Source of the DNA: Nitrospirota bacterium
GTDB taxonomy: Bacteria > Nitrospirota > Thermodesulfovibrionia > Thermodesulfovibrionales > Dissulfurispiraceae
Length of the DNA: 64,000 nt
NCBI GenBank assembly: GCA_963790025.1
Contig: CAWBMP010000002.1
Span: 160,001 to 224,000 of the forward strand
Direction of reading: 5' to 3'
Shown one piece after another: positions 1 through 9,293 of the stretch. The translations under genes were made by a program, and so were the position numbers. The stretch's first letter is position 1. The number at the start of each line of letters is the position of its first letter. The notes below the pieces were generated by a model. The model saw nothing but the letters and a program-made list of their open reading frames with translations. It was not told the DNA's origin and made no database searches.

Positions 1-1
1 A

Positions 2-112
2 GTATATTTCGCTTTCGGCGAGCCGCTCAGCATCAAGGGAAACGGTGCCGGAGAACACCACAAAATTATCGAATTCATAACGAGCAAGCTGCAAACCTGG
101 GAAGCAAGTTGA
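2..112 (+). CDS. 3' end of a gene, probably a lysophospholipid (1-acyl-sn-glycerol-3-phosphate) acyltransferase (partial)
   Basis: Manual translation of frame 2: VYFAFGEPLSIKGNGAGEHHKIIEFITSKLQTWEAS*. The FGEP motif followed by a terminal helix resembles PlsC-family C-termini. Confidence 0.5.
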   Translation, partial: VYFAFGEPLSIKGNGAGEHHKIIEFITSKLQTWEAS

Positions 113-193
113 AAGTCGCAATTATATGTGATAGATTATTAATTATATGTGGAGGATGGACCTGAAGCGCCAGGTTTTCAAAGGAGGGAGATC

Positions 194-379
194 ATGACGT
201 TGCAAGAGATTAAAAAGATTGCAAAGGAGAAAAACATTGCGACTGATAAAAAAATGAAAAAAGCGGACCTTATCAGGACAATACAAAGGCAGGAGGGCAA
301 TCCTGAATGTTTTGGAAAGTCAACAAAGGACGAGTGTGCAGAGATAAGCTGTTTATGGCGCAAGGATTGTTTGAAATAG
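194..379 (+). CDS. Small SAP/Rho-N-like domain protein with a C-terminal 4-Cys motif
   Basis: RBS AGGAGG before ATG 194; EIKKIAKEKNI...KKADLIRTIQ helix-extension-helix, then CFG..C...CLWRKDC. Confidence 0.75.
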   Translation: MTLQEIKKIAKEKNIATDKKMKKADLIRTIQRQEGNPECFGKSTKDECAEISCLWRKDCLK

Positions 380-436
380 CCTGTTCAGCCTATCAAAGGC
401 CCAAAGACTTTTATCCTCTTGCACTTTGACGCTGAC

Positions 437-1249
437 ATGGACCAAGAGCTAAGAGCTGAAAAAGCTCGAATCGGTCTTATAGGCGGAAGCGGACTATACG
501 ATATAGACGAATTTCAAATAAGAGAGGAAATCTCACTCTCCACTCCTTACGGTCCACCGTCATCTCTTTATAAACGTGGCAGCCTCGGCGGCACGGAATT
601 GGTGTTCCTTGCACGCCACGGCATTCCGCACAGTACCCCTCCCCACAAGGTAAACTACCGCGCGAACATATGGGGGTTCAAATCCCTGGGTGTGGAAAGA
701 ATAATCTCGATCAGTGCAGTGGGAGGCATAAACAGCGAAATGCCGCCAGGCTCCACCGTTATTCTCGACCAGATCATTGATATGACGATGGGCGCAAGAA
801 CAGCTACGTTCTATGATGAGGGCAAGGTTGTGCACATCGATTTTACGCATCCCTATTGCACCGGGTTGAGGGATATTCTGATACAAGCGGCAGGCGCTGT
901 CGGCCTCCCTGTTAAAAAAACCGGGACTTATGTCTGCGTCAATGGTCCGCGACTCGAGACAGCGAAGGAAATACAGTTTTTTTCGTTGATAGGTGCAGAC
1001 GTGGTCGGTATGACGGCGATGCCGGAAGCGGCCCTGGCTCGGGAGCTTGAGATGTGTTGTGCCGGGCTTTCCATTGTGACGAATTATGCCGCGGGAATTG
1101 CCGGTGAGAGGCTGACAACCACTGAGGTGGTGGAGACAATGAGAAATTCTCTCGATGCTCTAAAATCACTGCTCAGTGCAACTGTTGCCCTGATACCCGC
1201 AAAGCGGTCATGCATATGTAAAGATGCACTCAAAGATGCGGGAATGTAA
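437..1249 (+). CDS. mtnP: S-methyl-5'-thioadenosine phosphorylase (PNP/MTAP family)
   Basis: IGLIGGSG, TPYG, ARHG, NYRANIW, GPRLET, VVGMTAMPEAALARE motifs. Confidence 0.9.
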   Translation: MDQELRAEKARIGLIGGSGLYDIDEFQIREEISLSTPYGPPSSLYKRGSLGGTELVFLARHGIPHSTPPHKVNYRANIWGFKSLGVERIISISAVGGINSEMPPGSTVILDQIIDMTMGARTATFYDEGKVVHIDFTHPYCTGLRDILIQAAGAVGLPVKKTGTYVCVNGPRLETAKEIQFFSLIGADVVGMTAMPEAALARELEMCCAGLSIVTNYAAGIAGERLTTTEVVETMRNSLDALKSLLSATVALIPAKRSCICKDALKDAGM

Positions 1250-1257
1250 GCAGTAAA

Positions 1258-1360
1258 GAAAGTCAGCAGTAGGCAGTGGGCAGGAAAAAAAAGGGTAAAA
1301 ATTGATTCAGAGTAGTCTTTTCTATTTGTCTTTGCTGCCTACTACTTACTGCTTACTTTC
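1258..1360. repeat. Intergenic imperfect inverted repeat built from 7-bp CAGTA(G/A)G units
   Basis: Left arm gaaagtcagcagtaggcagtgggcag (1258-1283) is the near reverse complement of ctgcctactacttactgcttactttc (1335-1360). Confidence 0.8.
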
Positions 1361-1509
1361 TTTATTGCTTCCTTCGAACGCCTTGACAGTGTCTGCATAA
1401 TCCTACTATCATAATATATAATGTATTATTTATTTCAGTATTACCGGATCGCTATTTTTTTTCGCTATACCGCTGAACGCTCAACTCTCAGCTCTCACGG
1501 AGGACCAAT

Positions 1510-2262
1510 ATGTCGGGGCATTCCAAATGGTCACAGATAAAACATAAAAAAGCGAATACCGATGCCAAAAGAGGCAAATCTTTCACAAAAATCGTTAAGG
1601 AGATCTCCGTTGCTGCACGGGCCGGAGGCGGCGATCCAAACGGGAACCCTCGCCTAAGGACCGCCATTGAAAAAGCCAAAGAAGCAAACATGCCCTCCGA
1701 CAATATTAAAAAAGCCATCATGAAAGGCACGGGTGAATTGCCTGGTACGACCTATGAAGAAAGCACCTATGAGGGTTATGGACCCGGCGGTGCAGCCCTG
1801 CTCATAGAAACATTGTCCGATAACAAGAACAGGACCGTCTCGGAAATAAGGTATATCCTCTCAAAAAAAGGAGGCAGCCTAGGTGAGGCCGGGTGTGTTG
1901 CATGGATGTTTGAGAAAAAAGGGTATATCCTGGTCGAGAAATCCAAAGCTGATGAAGACACCCTGTTATCGCTGGCCCTTGACGCGGGGGCCGAAGACAT
2001 GAAAAACGACCCCGGAGAAGACAATTATGAGATCATAACACTACCGGAAAGCCTGAACTCCGTCAAAGAGGCCCTCGTCAAAGGGGGCGTGGAGGTCCAG
2101 GTTGCGGAAATAACCATGCTTCCGAAAAGTTATGTGCCTCTTGAAGGAAGCACGTCCGACCAGATGGTACGTTTGCTTGATGCACTGGAAGATAATGACG
2201 ATGTGCAAAACGTCTACAGCAATTTTGACATATCCGATGAAACAGTAAGCAACACGAAGTAG
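1510..2262 (+). CDS. yebC: YebC/PmpR family DNA-binding protein
   Basis: [15 protein letters not shown]-terminus, [17 protein letters not shown]. Confidence 0.97.
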   Translation: MSGHSKWSQIKHKKANTDAKRGKSFTKIVKEISVAARAGGGDPNGNPRLRTAIEKAKEANMPSDNIKKAIMKGTGELPGTTYEESTYEGYGPGGAALLIETLSDNKNRTVSEIRYILSKKGGSLGEAGCVAWMFEKKGYILVEKSKADEDTLLSLALDAGAEDMKNDPGEDNYEIITLPESLNSVKEALVKGGVEVQVAEITMLPKSYVPLEGSTSDQMVRLLDALEDNDDVQNVYSNFDISDETVSNTK

Positions 2263-2344
2263 ATGAGTATATGGACGAATGAGAACATGGGTTGGACGAA
2301 TGAGTTTTTAACTCGGGTGCTCATTCTCGCATAAACTCATCTAC
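2259..2344. repeat. Intergenic imperfect inverted repeat
   Basis: gtagatgagtatatggacgaatgagaac (2259-2286) pairs with gtgctcattctcgcataaactcatctac (2317-2344). Confidence 0.65.
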
Positions 2345-2372
2345 TGCCTTTTACTGAGTTGAGAAGGAATCT

Positions 2373-3035
2373 ATGGACGAATCCATTCGTATTACCTTTA
2401 GAAGGAAGTTCCTGGCGGGGCTCATCATCACCGTTCCTGTAGTTTTCACGGTGCTTGTCCTTGCAGGTCTTTTTAAGTTCGTCGACGGCATATTGAGTCC
2501 GTTCTTCGATATTCTTCTGGACAGACATATTGCCGGACTTGGCTTCATCGCCGCCATAGGGATCGTGTTCCTCATCGGCATAATTTCCACGAACGTCTTC
2601 GGTAAAAAACTGCTGGACCTTCTGGAGAAGATTTTCCTGAATATTCCAGTATTTAAGAGTATCTACACGTCGATCAAACAACTCGTCGACGCTTTTTCAC
2701 CCGAAAATAACAGCGCTTTCAAGCAATTTGTCATTGCCGAGTACCCCAGGACGGGTGCTTACGCCTTCGGCTTCCTGACCAAAGAATGCACTATCAAGTC
2801 AGATGGCCGGGACCTCTGCCTGAAAGCCGTATATATTCCTACCAATAACCTTTACCTCGGCGATATTGTTTTACTGGATGACAAAAGCATAACTTATACC
2901 GGTATCCCAATAGAAGAAGGGATCAGGATTATCCTCTCAGGTGGCATCGCTGCGCCTTCAATAATAACTGAATCGGGGTATGCCCTGAAAAATATCCCGT
3001 CCACCGCGCTGATGACTTCAAAGGGGACGCACTAA
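2373..3035 (+). CDS. DUF502 domain membrane protein
   Basis: FLAGL...P, two TM segments, IPVFKSIYTSIKQL, EYPR, PTNN, ILSGG motifs. Confidence 0.9.
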   Translation: MDESIRITFRRKFLAGLIITVPVVFTVLVLAGLFKFVDGILSPFFDILLDRHIAGLGFIAAIGIVFLIGIISTNVFGKKLLDLLEKIFLNIPVFKSIYTSIKQLVDAFSPENNSAFKQFVIAEYPRTGAYAFGFLTKECTIKSDGRDLCLKAVYIPTNNLYLGDIVLLDDKSITYTGIPIEEGIRIILSGGIAAPSIITESGYALKNIPSTALMTSKGTH

Positions 3036-3036
3036 G

Positions 3037-4443
3037 ATGAAACTGGCAGCGGTTGTCCTTTCGGCAGGACTCGGCACACGCATGAAATCTGCACTGCCCA
3101 AGGTGCTTCATCCACTTTCGGGTAAACCGATGGTGCAGTATGTTGTAGAGGCGCTCTGCGCATTGAAACCTCAAAAAATTATCTCTGTCATCGGCATGCA
3201 TGGTGACGGAATAAGGGATGCACTGCGGGGCTATCCCGTCTCTTTTGCCGTCCAGAAGGAACCTAAAGGAACGGGCGACGCCCTTAAGTCGGCGGCAAAA
3301 AAACTGCGTGGTTTTAAAGGCACTTTGCTGGTGGTAAGCGGTGATACCCCGCTTATTAAACCTTCCACTCTCCAGGATTTTTTGAGACTCCACCGGAAAC
3401 AGAGGAAGGCCCTCTCCCTGATCTCTTTCATTGCTGGCAACGCGAATTCCTACGGCAGGATCGTCAGGGAAGGGAATACGCTGAGCGCAATTATTGAGGA
3501 AAAAGATGCAAATGAGGAACAGAAAAGGATACGGGAAGTGAACAGCGGCATTTACGCCATTGAATCTCCTTTGCTGAAACTCCTGAACAAAATTGCCATG
3601 AACAATACCAAGGGCGAATACTATCTGACCGATATAGTCAGGATAGCAGTGGGTGCAGGACACCGCGCCGGCGCTTTTGTGCTGAGCAATGAAAACGAAT
3701 TGACTGGAATCAATACGCGCCAGGACCTTTACAGGGCATCTCATTATCTCAGGGATGAAATTGTGGCCGGGTTCATGGAGAAAGGTGTCACATTTATCGA
3801 TAAGACCTCTGTGTTTATACATCCCGAATCGGTTATCGGCGCTGAAACAGTGATCTACCCCAATGTGCAACTGGAAGGAAAGACCTCCATCGGCAGCGGG
3901 TGCATGGTGTATCCGAACTCCAGAATTATAGACAGCAGGATCGATAATAACGTCATCATCAAAGACTCGACGCTGATCGAATCATCTGCAGTCAATGAAG
4001 GTGCTTCGGTAGGGCCGTTTGCTCATATCAGGCCCGGGTCGGTCATCGGTGCTCATGCCAAAATAGGAAACTTTGTCGAAGTGAAAAAATCAGTAATCGG
4101 CGCCGGCTCAAAAGCATCGCATTTGAGTTACCTCGGAGATGCCGAGATCGGAGAGGAGGTCAACATCGGGGCAGGCACTATCACCTGCAATTATGATGGA
4201 AAGTTAAAGCATAAGACCCTGATAGAGGACAATGTATTTATCGGAAGTGACACACAGCTTGTTGCGCCGGTGAGAATCGGGAAAGGCTCTTATGTGGGCG
4301 CCGGCTCAACCATCACTAAAAATGTGCCCTCACTTGCCCTCGCCATCAGCAGAACACGACAAAGAAATATTGCGAATTGGACATCAAGAAGACCAGTGGG
4401 AAATGAGAAATCAGGAGTAAGAAATGACAAAAAGAAAAAATAA
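3037..4443 (+). CDS. glmU: Bifunctional UDP-N-acetylglucosamine pyrophosphorylase / glucosamine-1-phosphate acetyltransferase
   Basis: LSAGLGTRMKS...PKVLH, hexapeptide repeats, HLSYLGDA, NYDG. Confidence 0.97.
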   Translation: MKLAAVVLSAGLGTRMKSALPKVLHPLSGKPMVQYVVEALCALKPQKIISVIGMHGDGIRDALRGYPVSFAVQKEPKGTGDALKSAAKKLRGFKGTLLVVSGDTPLIKPSTLQDFLRLHRKQRKALSLISFIAGNANSYGRIVREGNTLSAIIEEKDANEEQKRIREVNSGIYAIESPLLKLLNKIAMNNTKGEYYLTDIVRIAVGAGHRAGAFVLSNENELTGINTRQDLYRASHYLRDEIVAGFMEKGVTFIDKTSVFIHPESVIGAETVIYPNVQLEGKTSIGSGCMVYPNSRIIDSRIDNNVIIKDSTLIESSAVNEGASVGPFAHIRPGSVIGAHAKIGNFVEVKKSVIGAGSKASHLSYLGDAEIGEEVNIGAGTITCNYDGKLKHKTLIEDNVFIGSDTQLVAPVRIGKGSYVGAGSTITKNVPSLALAISRTRQRNIANWTSRRPVGNEKSGVRNDKKKK

Positions 4444-4467
4444 CAAAAGGAGATAAAGTAAAAGACA

Positions 4468-6294
4468 GTGTGCGGAATAATCGGCTATATCGGCAGCAGG
4501 AATGCCATCCCCATAGTGATGGAGGGGCTTAAGCGCCTCGAGTACAGGGGGTACGATTCAGCAGGGATCGCCTTTTTAGAGGATGGCAAGATAAGCGTCA
4601 AGCGTTGCAAAGGAAAGATCAGCGCGCTGGATGCAATAACCTGCGAGATCGCGAAACCGAGCAATCTGGCCATAGGTCATACACGATGGGCCACTCACGG
4701 CAAACCTTCCGATGAAAATGCACATCCGCACCGCTCTGACGGGATAGTAGTCGTCCATAACGGCATAATTGAAAACTACGTGGAACTCAAACATACACTG
4801 CAGGGTGAAGGCTTTATCTTCACCTCCGAAACCGACACCGAGGTCCTCTGCCACCTGATCAACAAGCATGCGGCCAGGGAACCTTTTGAAGAGGCAGTGC
4901 GGAGGGCAATAAAGGAAGTAAAGGGCGCCTATGCATTTGCTGTAATCAATGAAAAGGAACCTGACAAAATCATTGTAGTGAGGAAAGAAAGTCCTCTGGT
5001 AATCGGGCTGGGTGATGGAGAATACTTTTTGGCCTCCGATGTGCCGGCCTTTCTGAATTATTCCAGAGAGGTGATATTCCTTGACAACAATGAAATAGCG
5101 GTGCTCCATAAAGAAGGAGTCACGGTGACGGATTTTGATGGGAAACCTTTGCATAAAAATGTTTCCACGATATCGTGGAACCCCTCGATGGCCGAGAAAG
5201 GCGGATACCGCCACTATATGCTCAAGGAAATATATGAGCAGCCCAGGGCGATCTCCGATACCATACGCGGAAGGATATTCCCTGATAAAGGCGAGGTGGC
5301 TCTGGATGAATTCGGACTGACGCCGGAGGAGATCACCGGTATCGACAAGATATTCATAGTCGCCTGCGGCACCTCCTACCATGCCGGCATGACAGGTAAG
5401 TACATGATCGAAGAACTGGCCAGGATTCCCGTGGAAGTCGATATCGCTTCGGAGTTCCGGTACAGGGACCCCATCATAACCGGCAGCACGTTATTTATCG
5501 CAATCACACAGTCCGGGGAGACCGCAGATACTCTGGCGGCCTCAAGGGAAGTTAAACGGCTGGGGGCCAAAGTATTGAGCATCTGCAATGTGATCGGCAG
5601 CACTGCCTCGCGGGAATCGGATTTTGTCTTCTATACACATTCAGGTCCGGAGATCGGTGTTGCTTCTACCAAGGCCTTCACCACTCAGGTGGTTGCGCTG
5701 TATCTTCTGGCAATCGCGCTAGGCGGCGTAAGAGGCACACTGGAGAAATCAGCGGCCTCGAAGCTGCTTGAGGACCTGCTTCACCTACCCCTGCAAGTAG
5801 AGCAGACGCTTGAAATGGACCCCTCCATAAACACCATAGCCAAAGAGCTTTTCAAGACAAAAGAATTTCTCTTCCTCGGCAGGGGCATAAATTATCCTAT
5901 TGCACTTGAAGGCGCCCTGAAACTAAAAGAGATATCATATATTCATGCTGAAGGGTATGCTGCCGGAGAAATGAAGCACGGTCCGATAGCTCTAATTGAC
6001 GAAGACCTTCCGGTTGTCGTCCTTGCACCCTCCGGAAAGCTTTACGACAAGGTCGTCTCCAATATGGAAGAGGTCAAGAGCAGGGGAGGCACCATAATAG
6101 CAGTCACCTCGGGTCATGGCGAACTGTTGAGGAGACTCGCAAAATACTCAATCTTTATAGAAGAAAGCAACCCTTTTTTGAATACAATTTTTTTGACGGT
6201 CTCGCTGCAGCTCCTTGCCTACCATATCGCTGTATTGAGGGGATGCGACGTGGACCAGCCGAGGAATTTGGCGAAAAGTGTAACGGTGGAATAA
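4468..6294 (+). CDS. glmS: Glutamine-fructose-6-phosphate aminotransferase
   Basis: MCGIIG start (GTG), GHTRWATHG, C-terminal PRNLAKSVTVE. Confidence 0.98.
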   Translation: MCGIIGYIGSRNAIPIVMEGLKRLEYRGYDSAGIAFLEDGKISVKRCKGKISALDAITCEIAKPSNLAIGHTRWATHGKPSDENAHPHRSDGIVVVHNGIIENYVELKHTLQGEGFIFTSETDTEVLCHLINKHAAREPFEEAVRRAIKEVKGAYAFAVINEKEPDKIIVVRKESPLVIGLGDGEYFLASDVPAFLNYSREVIFLDNNEIAVLHKEGVTVTDFDGKPLHKNVSTISWNPSMAEKGGYRHYMLKEIYEQPRAISDTIRGRIFPDKGEVALDEFGLTPEEITGIDKIFIVACGTSYHAGMTGKYMIEELARIPVEVDIASEFRYRDPIITGSTLFIAITQSGETADTLAASREVKRLGAKVLSICNVIGSTASRESDFVFYTHSGPEIGVASTKAFTTQVVALYLLAIALGGVRGTLEKSAASKLLEDLLHLPLQVEQTLEMDPSINTIAKELFKTKEFLFLGRGINYPIALEGALKLKEISYIHAEGYAAGEMKHGPIALIDEDLPVVVLAPSGKLYDKVVSNMEEVKSRGGTIIAVTSGHGELLRRLAKYSIFIEESNPFLNTIFLTVSLQLLAYHIAVLRGCDVDQPRNLAKSVTVE

Positions 6295-6400
6295 CGTACG
6301 GCAAGCCTGGATGCCCGACTAATAACTTCGGGTATGACCTTTATAAACACGGAACGCAGAACGCAGAACGTTATTTATGGTATAATTAGAAGAGTATTGT

Positions 6401-8518
6401 ATGGCAAAAGACGCCTTATTAGAAGAACTCAATACCCAACAAAAAGAAGCTATCCTGCATTCAAAGGGTCCGCTCCTTGTCCTTGCAGGAGCAGGCAGCG
6501 GAAAGACCAGGGTAATCGCGCATAAGTTCGCCTATCTTTTAAAAAAGAAAAAACTTTCTCCCGCATCAATTTTTACCGTCACTTTCACAAATAGGGCAGC
6601 CGATGAGATGAAAGCAAGAATCTGCCAGTGTATCGAAGAGGAAGTCAAAAATGCATGGATAGGTACCTTTCATTCACTGTGCAATAGAATATTGCGAAAA
6701 GAGATAAAGGCCCTCGGCTTCAAGCCTGATTTTACCATCTACGACGAAGATGATGAGTGCAACCTTATACGCCACATCCTAAAAGAGTTCAATATTTACG
6801 AGGCCCTTTATAAAGGAGTGGCTTCAAGAATAAGCATTCTGAAATCATCCCTTATTTCTCCCGAAGAATTCCTGTCGCAGGGGGACGGGTTCAGTTTTGA
6901 CGAAAAGCTCGGGAGGGTCTACCTCAAATATCAGGATGAGTTGAAACGGTGCAATGCCCTCGATTTCGATGATCTGATCATGCTGACCGCCAAATTATTC
7001 AGAGAGAACCCGAAGATACTCGAAAAGTATGCGGACATGTTTCCTTATATTCTTGTGGACGAATTTCAGGACACCAACCACGCTCAATACCGTCTCCTGC
7101 AACTGATGGTGTCGTCGCACAGGAATATCTGCGCTGTTGGAGACGATGATCAGAGCATATGCAAGTTCAGAGGGGCCGATGTCAGCAATCTGCTGAAGTT
7201 CGAAAAAGATTTTCCTGATGCTCAGGTCGTAAGACTCGAGCAGAATTACCGCTCTACACAGAACATCCTTCACGTTTCGAGTTCGGTGATCGCAAAAAAC
7301 GGAAACAGAAAGCCGAAAAGCCTTTGGACGGACAAAGGCCATGGAGAGAAAGTAATCTATTGCAGGCTGACTACGGAGGAGGAAGAGGCAAAATATGTTG
7401 CGAGGACCATAAAAGACCTCTACCTGAAAAACAACTACGACTACGACAGTTTTGCTATCCTCTACCGGGTCAATCCTCAGGCGAGAGCGATCGAGGACGC
7501 GCTCAGGGAAGAAGATATCCCTTACAAAGTGCTCAGCGGGATAAGCTTTTATCACAGGCGGGAAATAAAAGACCTCATTTCCTATATGCGGGTCGTATTA
7601 AACCGCGATGATAATGTCAGCCTGCGGCGTATTATCAATAGCCCTCCGAGAAACATCGGTGCAGCAGCCCTGTCAAAAATTGAGCAGGAAGCGAAAAAGA
7701 ACTCGGTTGGCCTCCTGTCCGCGGCCCAGACTATGCTCAAAGCAAATGTGCTGGCGGCATCCGTTAAAGAGAAATTGAGTGAATTTGTTAAAATCATCGC
7801 TCACCTGTCAACTACGACTTACAAGACCGCTGCGGACATGCTTAAGGATATTGTGGAGTTAACAGGCTATATTACGGACATTGAGGAAGATCGCCTGCAA
7901 AATATAATGGAGTTGATCGCCTATGCCGAAACAATACCGGTAAAGGATTTCGTCGAGAAGACGTCGCTGGCCCATACAACGGGCAATGGCGCGGCCCCGA
8001 AAAAGGCCACTGTGTCGCTTATGACGCTGCACTGCGCGAAAGGGCTGGAATTCCCGGTCGTATTCATTATCGGCATCGAAGAGGGTATCCTTCCTTATTT
8101 CAAGGCCGTGGACGACGAAGCCGAAATGCATGAGGAGCGAAGACTTTTCTATGTCGGCATGACCAGGGCCAAAGACATTCTCTGTCTGAATGGGGTCAAG
8201 AAAAGAAAACTGTATTCGAGGACCCAGGACCAGGAGCCTTCGCGGTTCCTTTGCGATATACCAAAAGATTGCTGTCACTGGGTGGAAAAAACGGTAGTTT
8301 CCAAGATGACTGCGTTGCCGCCCAGACCGGTCAAGCTCTGCGCCAAGAGGACTGCCCTTGTGTATTTGGTGGGAAGCAAGGTAAAACACCCGGCATGGGG
8401 GATCGGGATAGTCCGCGATTGCTGCGGTGACGAAAATGATTTGAAAGTAACGGTTAATTTCCAGAGTGTAGGACTGAAACGTCTTTCCGTCCGGCATGTG
8501 CACCTGGAAAGGGTATAA
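6401..8518 (+). CDS. pcrA: UvrD/PcrA superfamily 1 DNA helicase
   Basis: GAGSGKT, DEFQD, VGDDDQSI, LEQNYRS, KGLEF, EERRLFYVGMTRA, C-terminal Tudor-like domain. Confidence 0.93.
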   Translation: MAKDALLEELNTQQKEAILHSKGPLLVLAGAGSGKTRVIAHKFAYLLKKKKLSPASIFTVTFTNRAADEMKARICQCIEEEVKNAWIGTFHSLCNRILRKEIKALGFKPDFTIYDEDDECNLIRHILKEFNIYEALYKGVASRISILKSSLISPEEFLSQGDGFSFDEKLGRVYLKYQDELKRCNALDFDDLIMLTAKLFRENPKILEKYADMFPYILVDEFQDTNHAQYRLLQLMVSSHRNICAVGDDDQSICKFRGADVSNLLKFEKDFPDAQVVRLEQNYRSTQNILHVSSSVIAKNGNRKPKSLWTDKGHGEKVIYCRLTTEEEEAKYVARTIKDLYLKNNYDYDSFAILYRVNPQARAIEDALREEDIPYKVLSGISFYHRREIKDLISYMRVVLNRDDNVSLRRIINSPPRNIGAAALSKIEQEAKKNSVGLLSAAQTMLKANVLAASVKEKLSEFVKIIAHLSTTTYKTAADMLKDIVELTGYITDIEEDRLQNIMELIAYAETIPVKDFVEKTSLAHTTGNGAAPKKATVSLMTLHCAKGLEFPVVFIIGIEEGILPYFKAVDDEAEMHEERRLFYVGMTRAKDILCLNGVKKRKLYSRTQDQEPSRFLCDIPKDCCHWVEKTVVSKMTALPPRPVKLCAKRTALVYLVGSKVKHPAWGIGIVRDCCGDENDLKVTVNFQSVGLKRLSVRHVHLERV

Positions 8519-8521
8519 AAA

Positions 8522-8809
8522 ATGAAGATAACCGAGGACCAGGCTAAACATATTGTAAAACTCGCGAGGCTCTCTCTCTCTGAAGAAGAGCTGTCAACGT
8601 ATAGCGGGCAACTGAACACGATCATTGAGCATGTTGAACAATTAAACACGCTCGACACCAGCGGAATCGAACCCACCTCGCATGTGCTGCCTATCAACAA
8701 TGTTATGAGAGATGATATGCGGGAGCCATCGCTTTCGAACGAGGAAGCGTTAAAAAACGCCCCTGACCAGGCAGACAAGTTCTACAGGGTCCCGAAGATC
8801 ATCGAATAA
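8522..8809 (+). CDS. gatC: Asp/Glu-tRNA amidotransferase subunit C
   Basis: HIVKLARL, LDTSGIEPTSH, NAP...YRVPKII. Confidence 0.95.
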   Translation: MKITEDQAKHIVKLARLSLSEEELSTYSGQLNTIIEHVEQLNTLDTSGIEPTSHVLPINNVMRDDMREPSLSNEEALKNAPDQADKFYRVPKIIE

Positions 8810-8871
8810 GCATCGTCGGGCGCAAAAAACCAAAACGGAAAAATAAGGCGACAAATAAGGTATAATAAATT

Positions 8872-9219
8872 ATGCTTAGATGTTTTTTAAGATCGAAAAT
8901 ACATAGAGCCAGGATCACGGAAGCGGACCTGGCCTATGAGGGAAGCATTACTATTGACAGGGAAATCATGGACCGTGCCGGAATGCTCCCGTATGAGCAG
9001 GTTATGATAAGCAACCTGAACAACGGAGAGCGGTTTGAAACATATGTAATACCCGGCAAGCCGGGCTCCCGCGAATTCTGCCTGAACGGCCCCACTGCCC
9101 GCAAGGGCATGGTAGGCGATATAATCATCATATTTTCTTACTGCTACCTCGCCGAACAGGAGATTAAAGGGTTCGAACCCACAATCATTAAAATCGACAG
9201 CAACAATAACCCCGTCTGA
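8872..9219 (+). CDS. panD: Aspartate 1-decarboxylase
   Basis: KIHRARIT, YEG/SITID autocleavage site, NGERFETY, LNGPTAR. Confidence 0.96.
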   Translation: MLRCFLRSKIHRARITEADLAYEGSITIDREIMDRAGMLPYEQVMISNLNNGERFETYVIPGKPGSREFCLNGPTARKGMVGDIIIIFSYCYLAEQEIKGFEPTIIKIDSNNNPV

Positions 9220-9240
9220 ATACAAGTCAATAGCGTATTA

Positions 9241-9272
9241 AAAAGGGAGAGAGCGAAATCGCTCTCTCCCTG
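9241..9272. terminator. Intrinsic terminator hairpin between convergent panD and mtrB
   Basis: aaaa-gggagagagcga-aa-tcgctctctccc; T-tract on the minus strand. Confidence 0.8.
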
Positions 9273-9293
9273 CTCACAGGTCAAAACTATTAC

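Noticed and set aside
6295..6400. Tn7 insertion at the canonical glmS site
   Set aside because: Only about 105 bp separate glmS from the helicase gene, with no TGT end or TnsB-like repeats.
9168..9182. tRNA T-loop-like GGGTTCGAACCC
   Set aside because: Inside the panD coding sequence with no cloverleaf.
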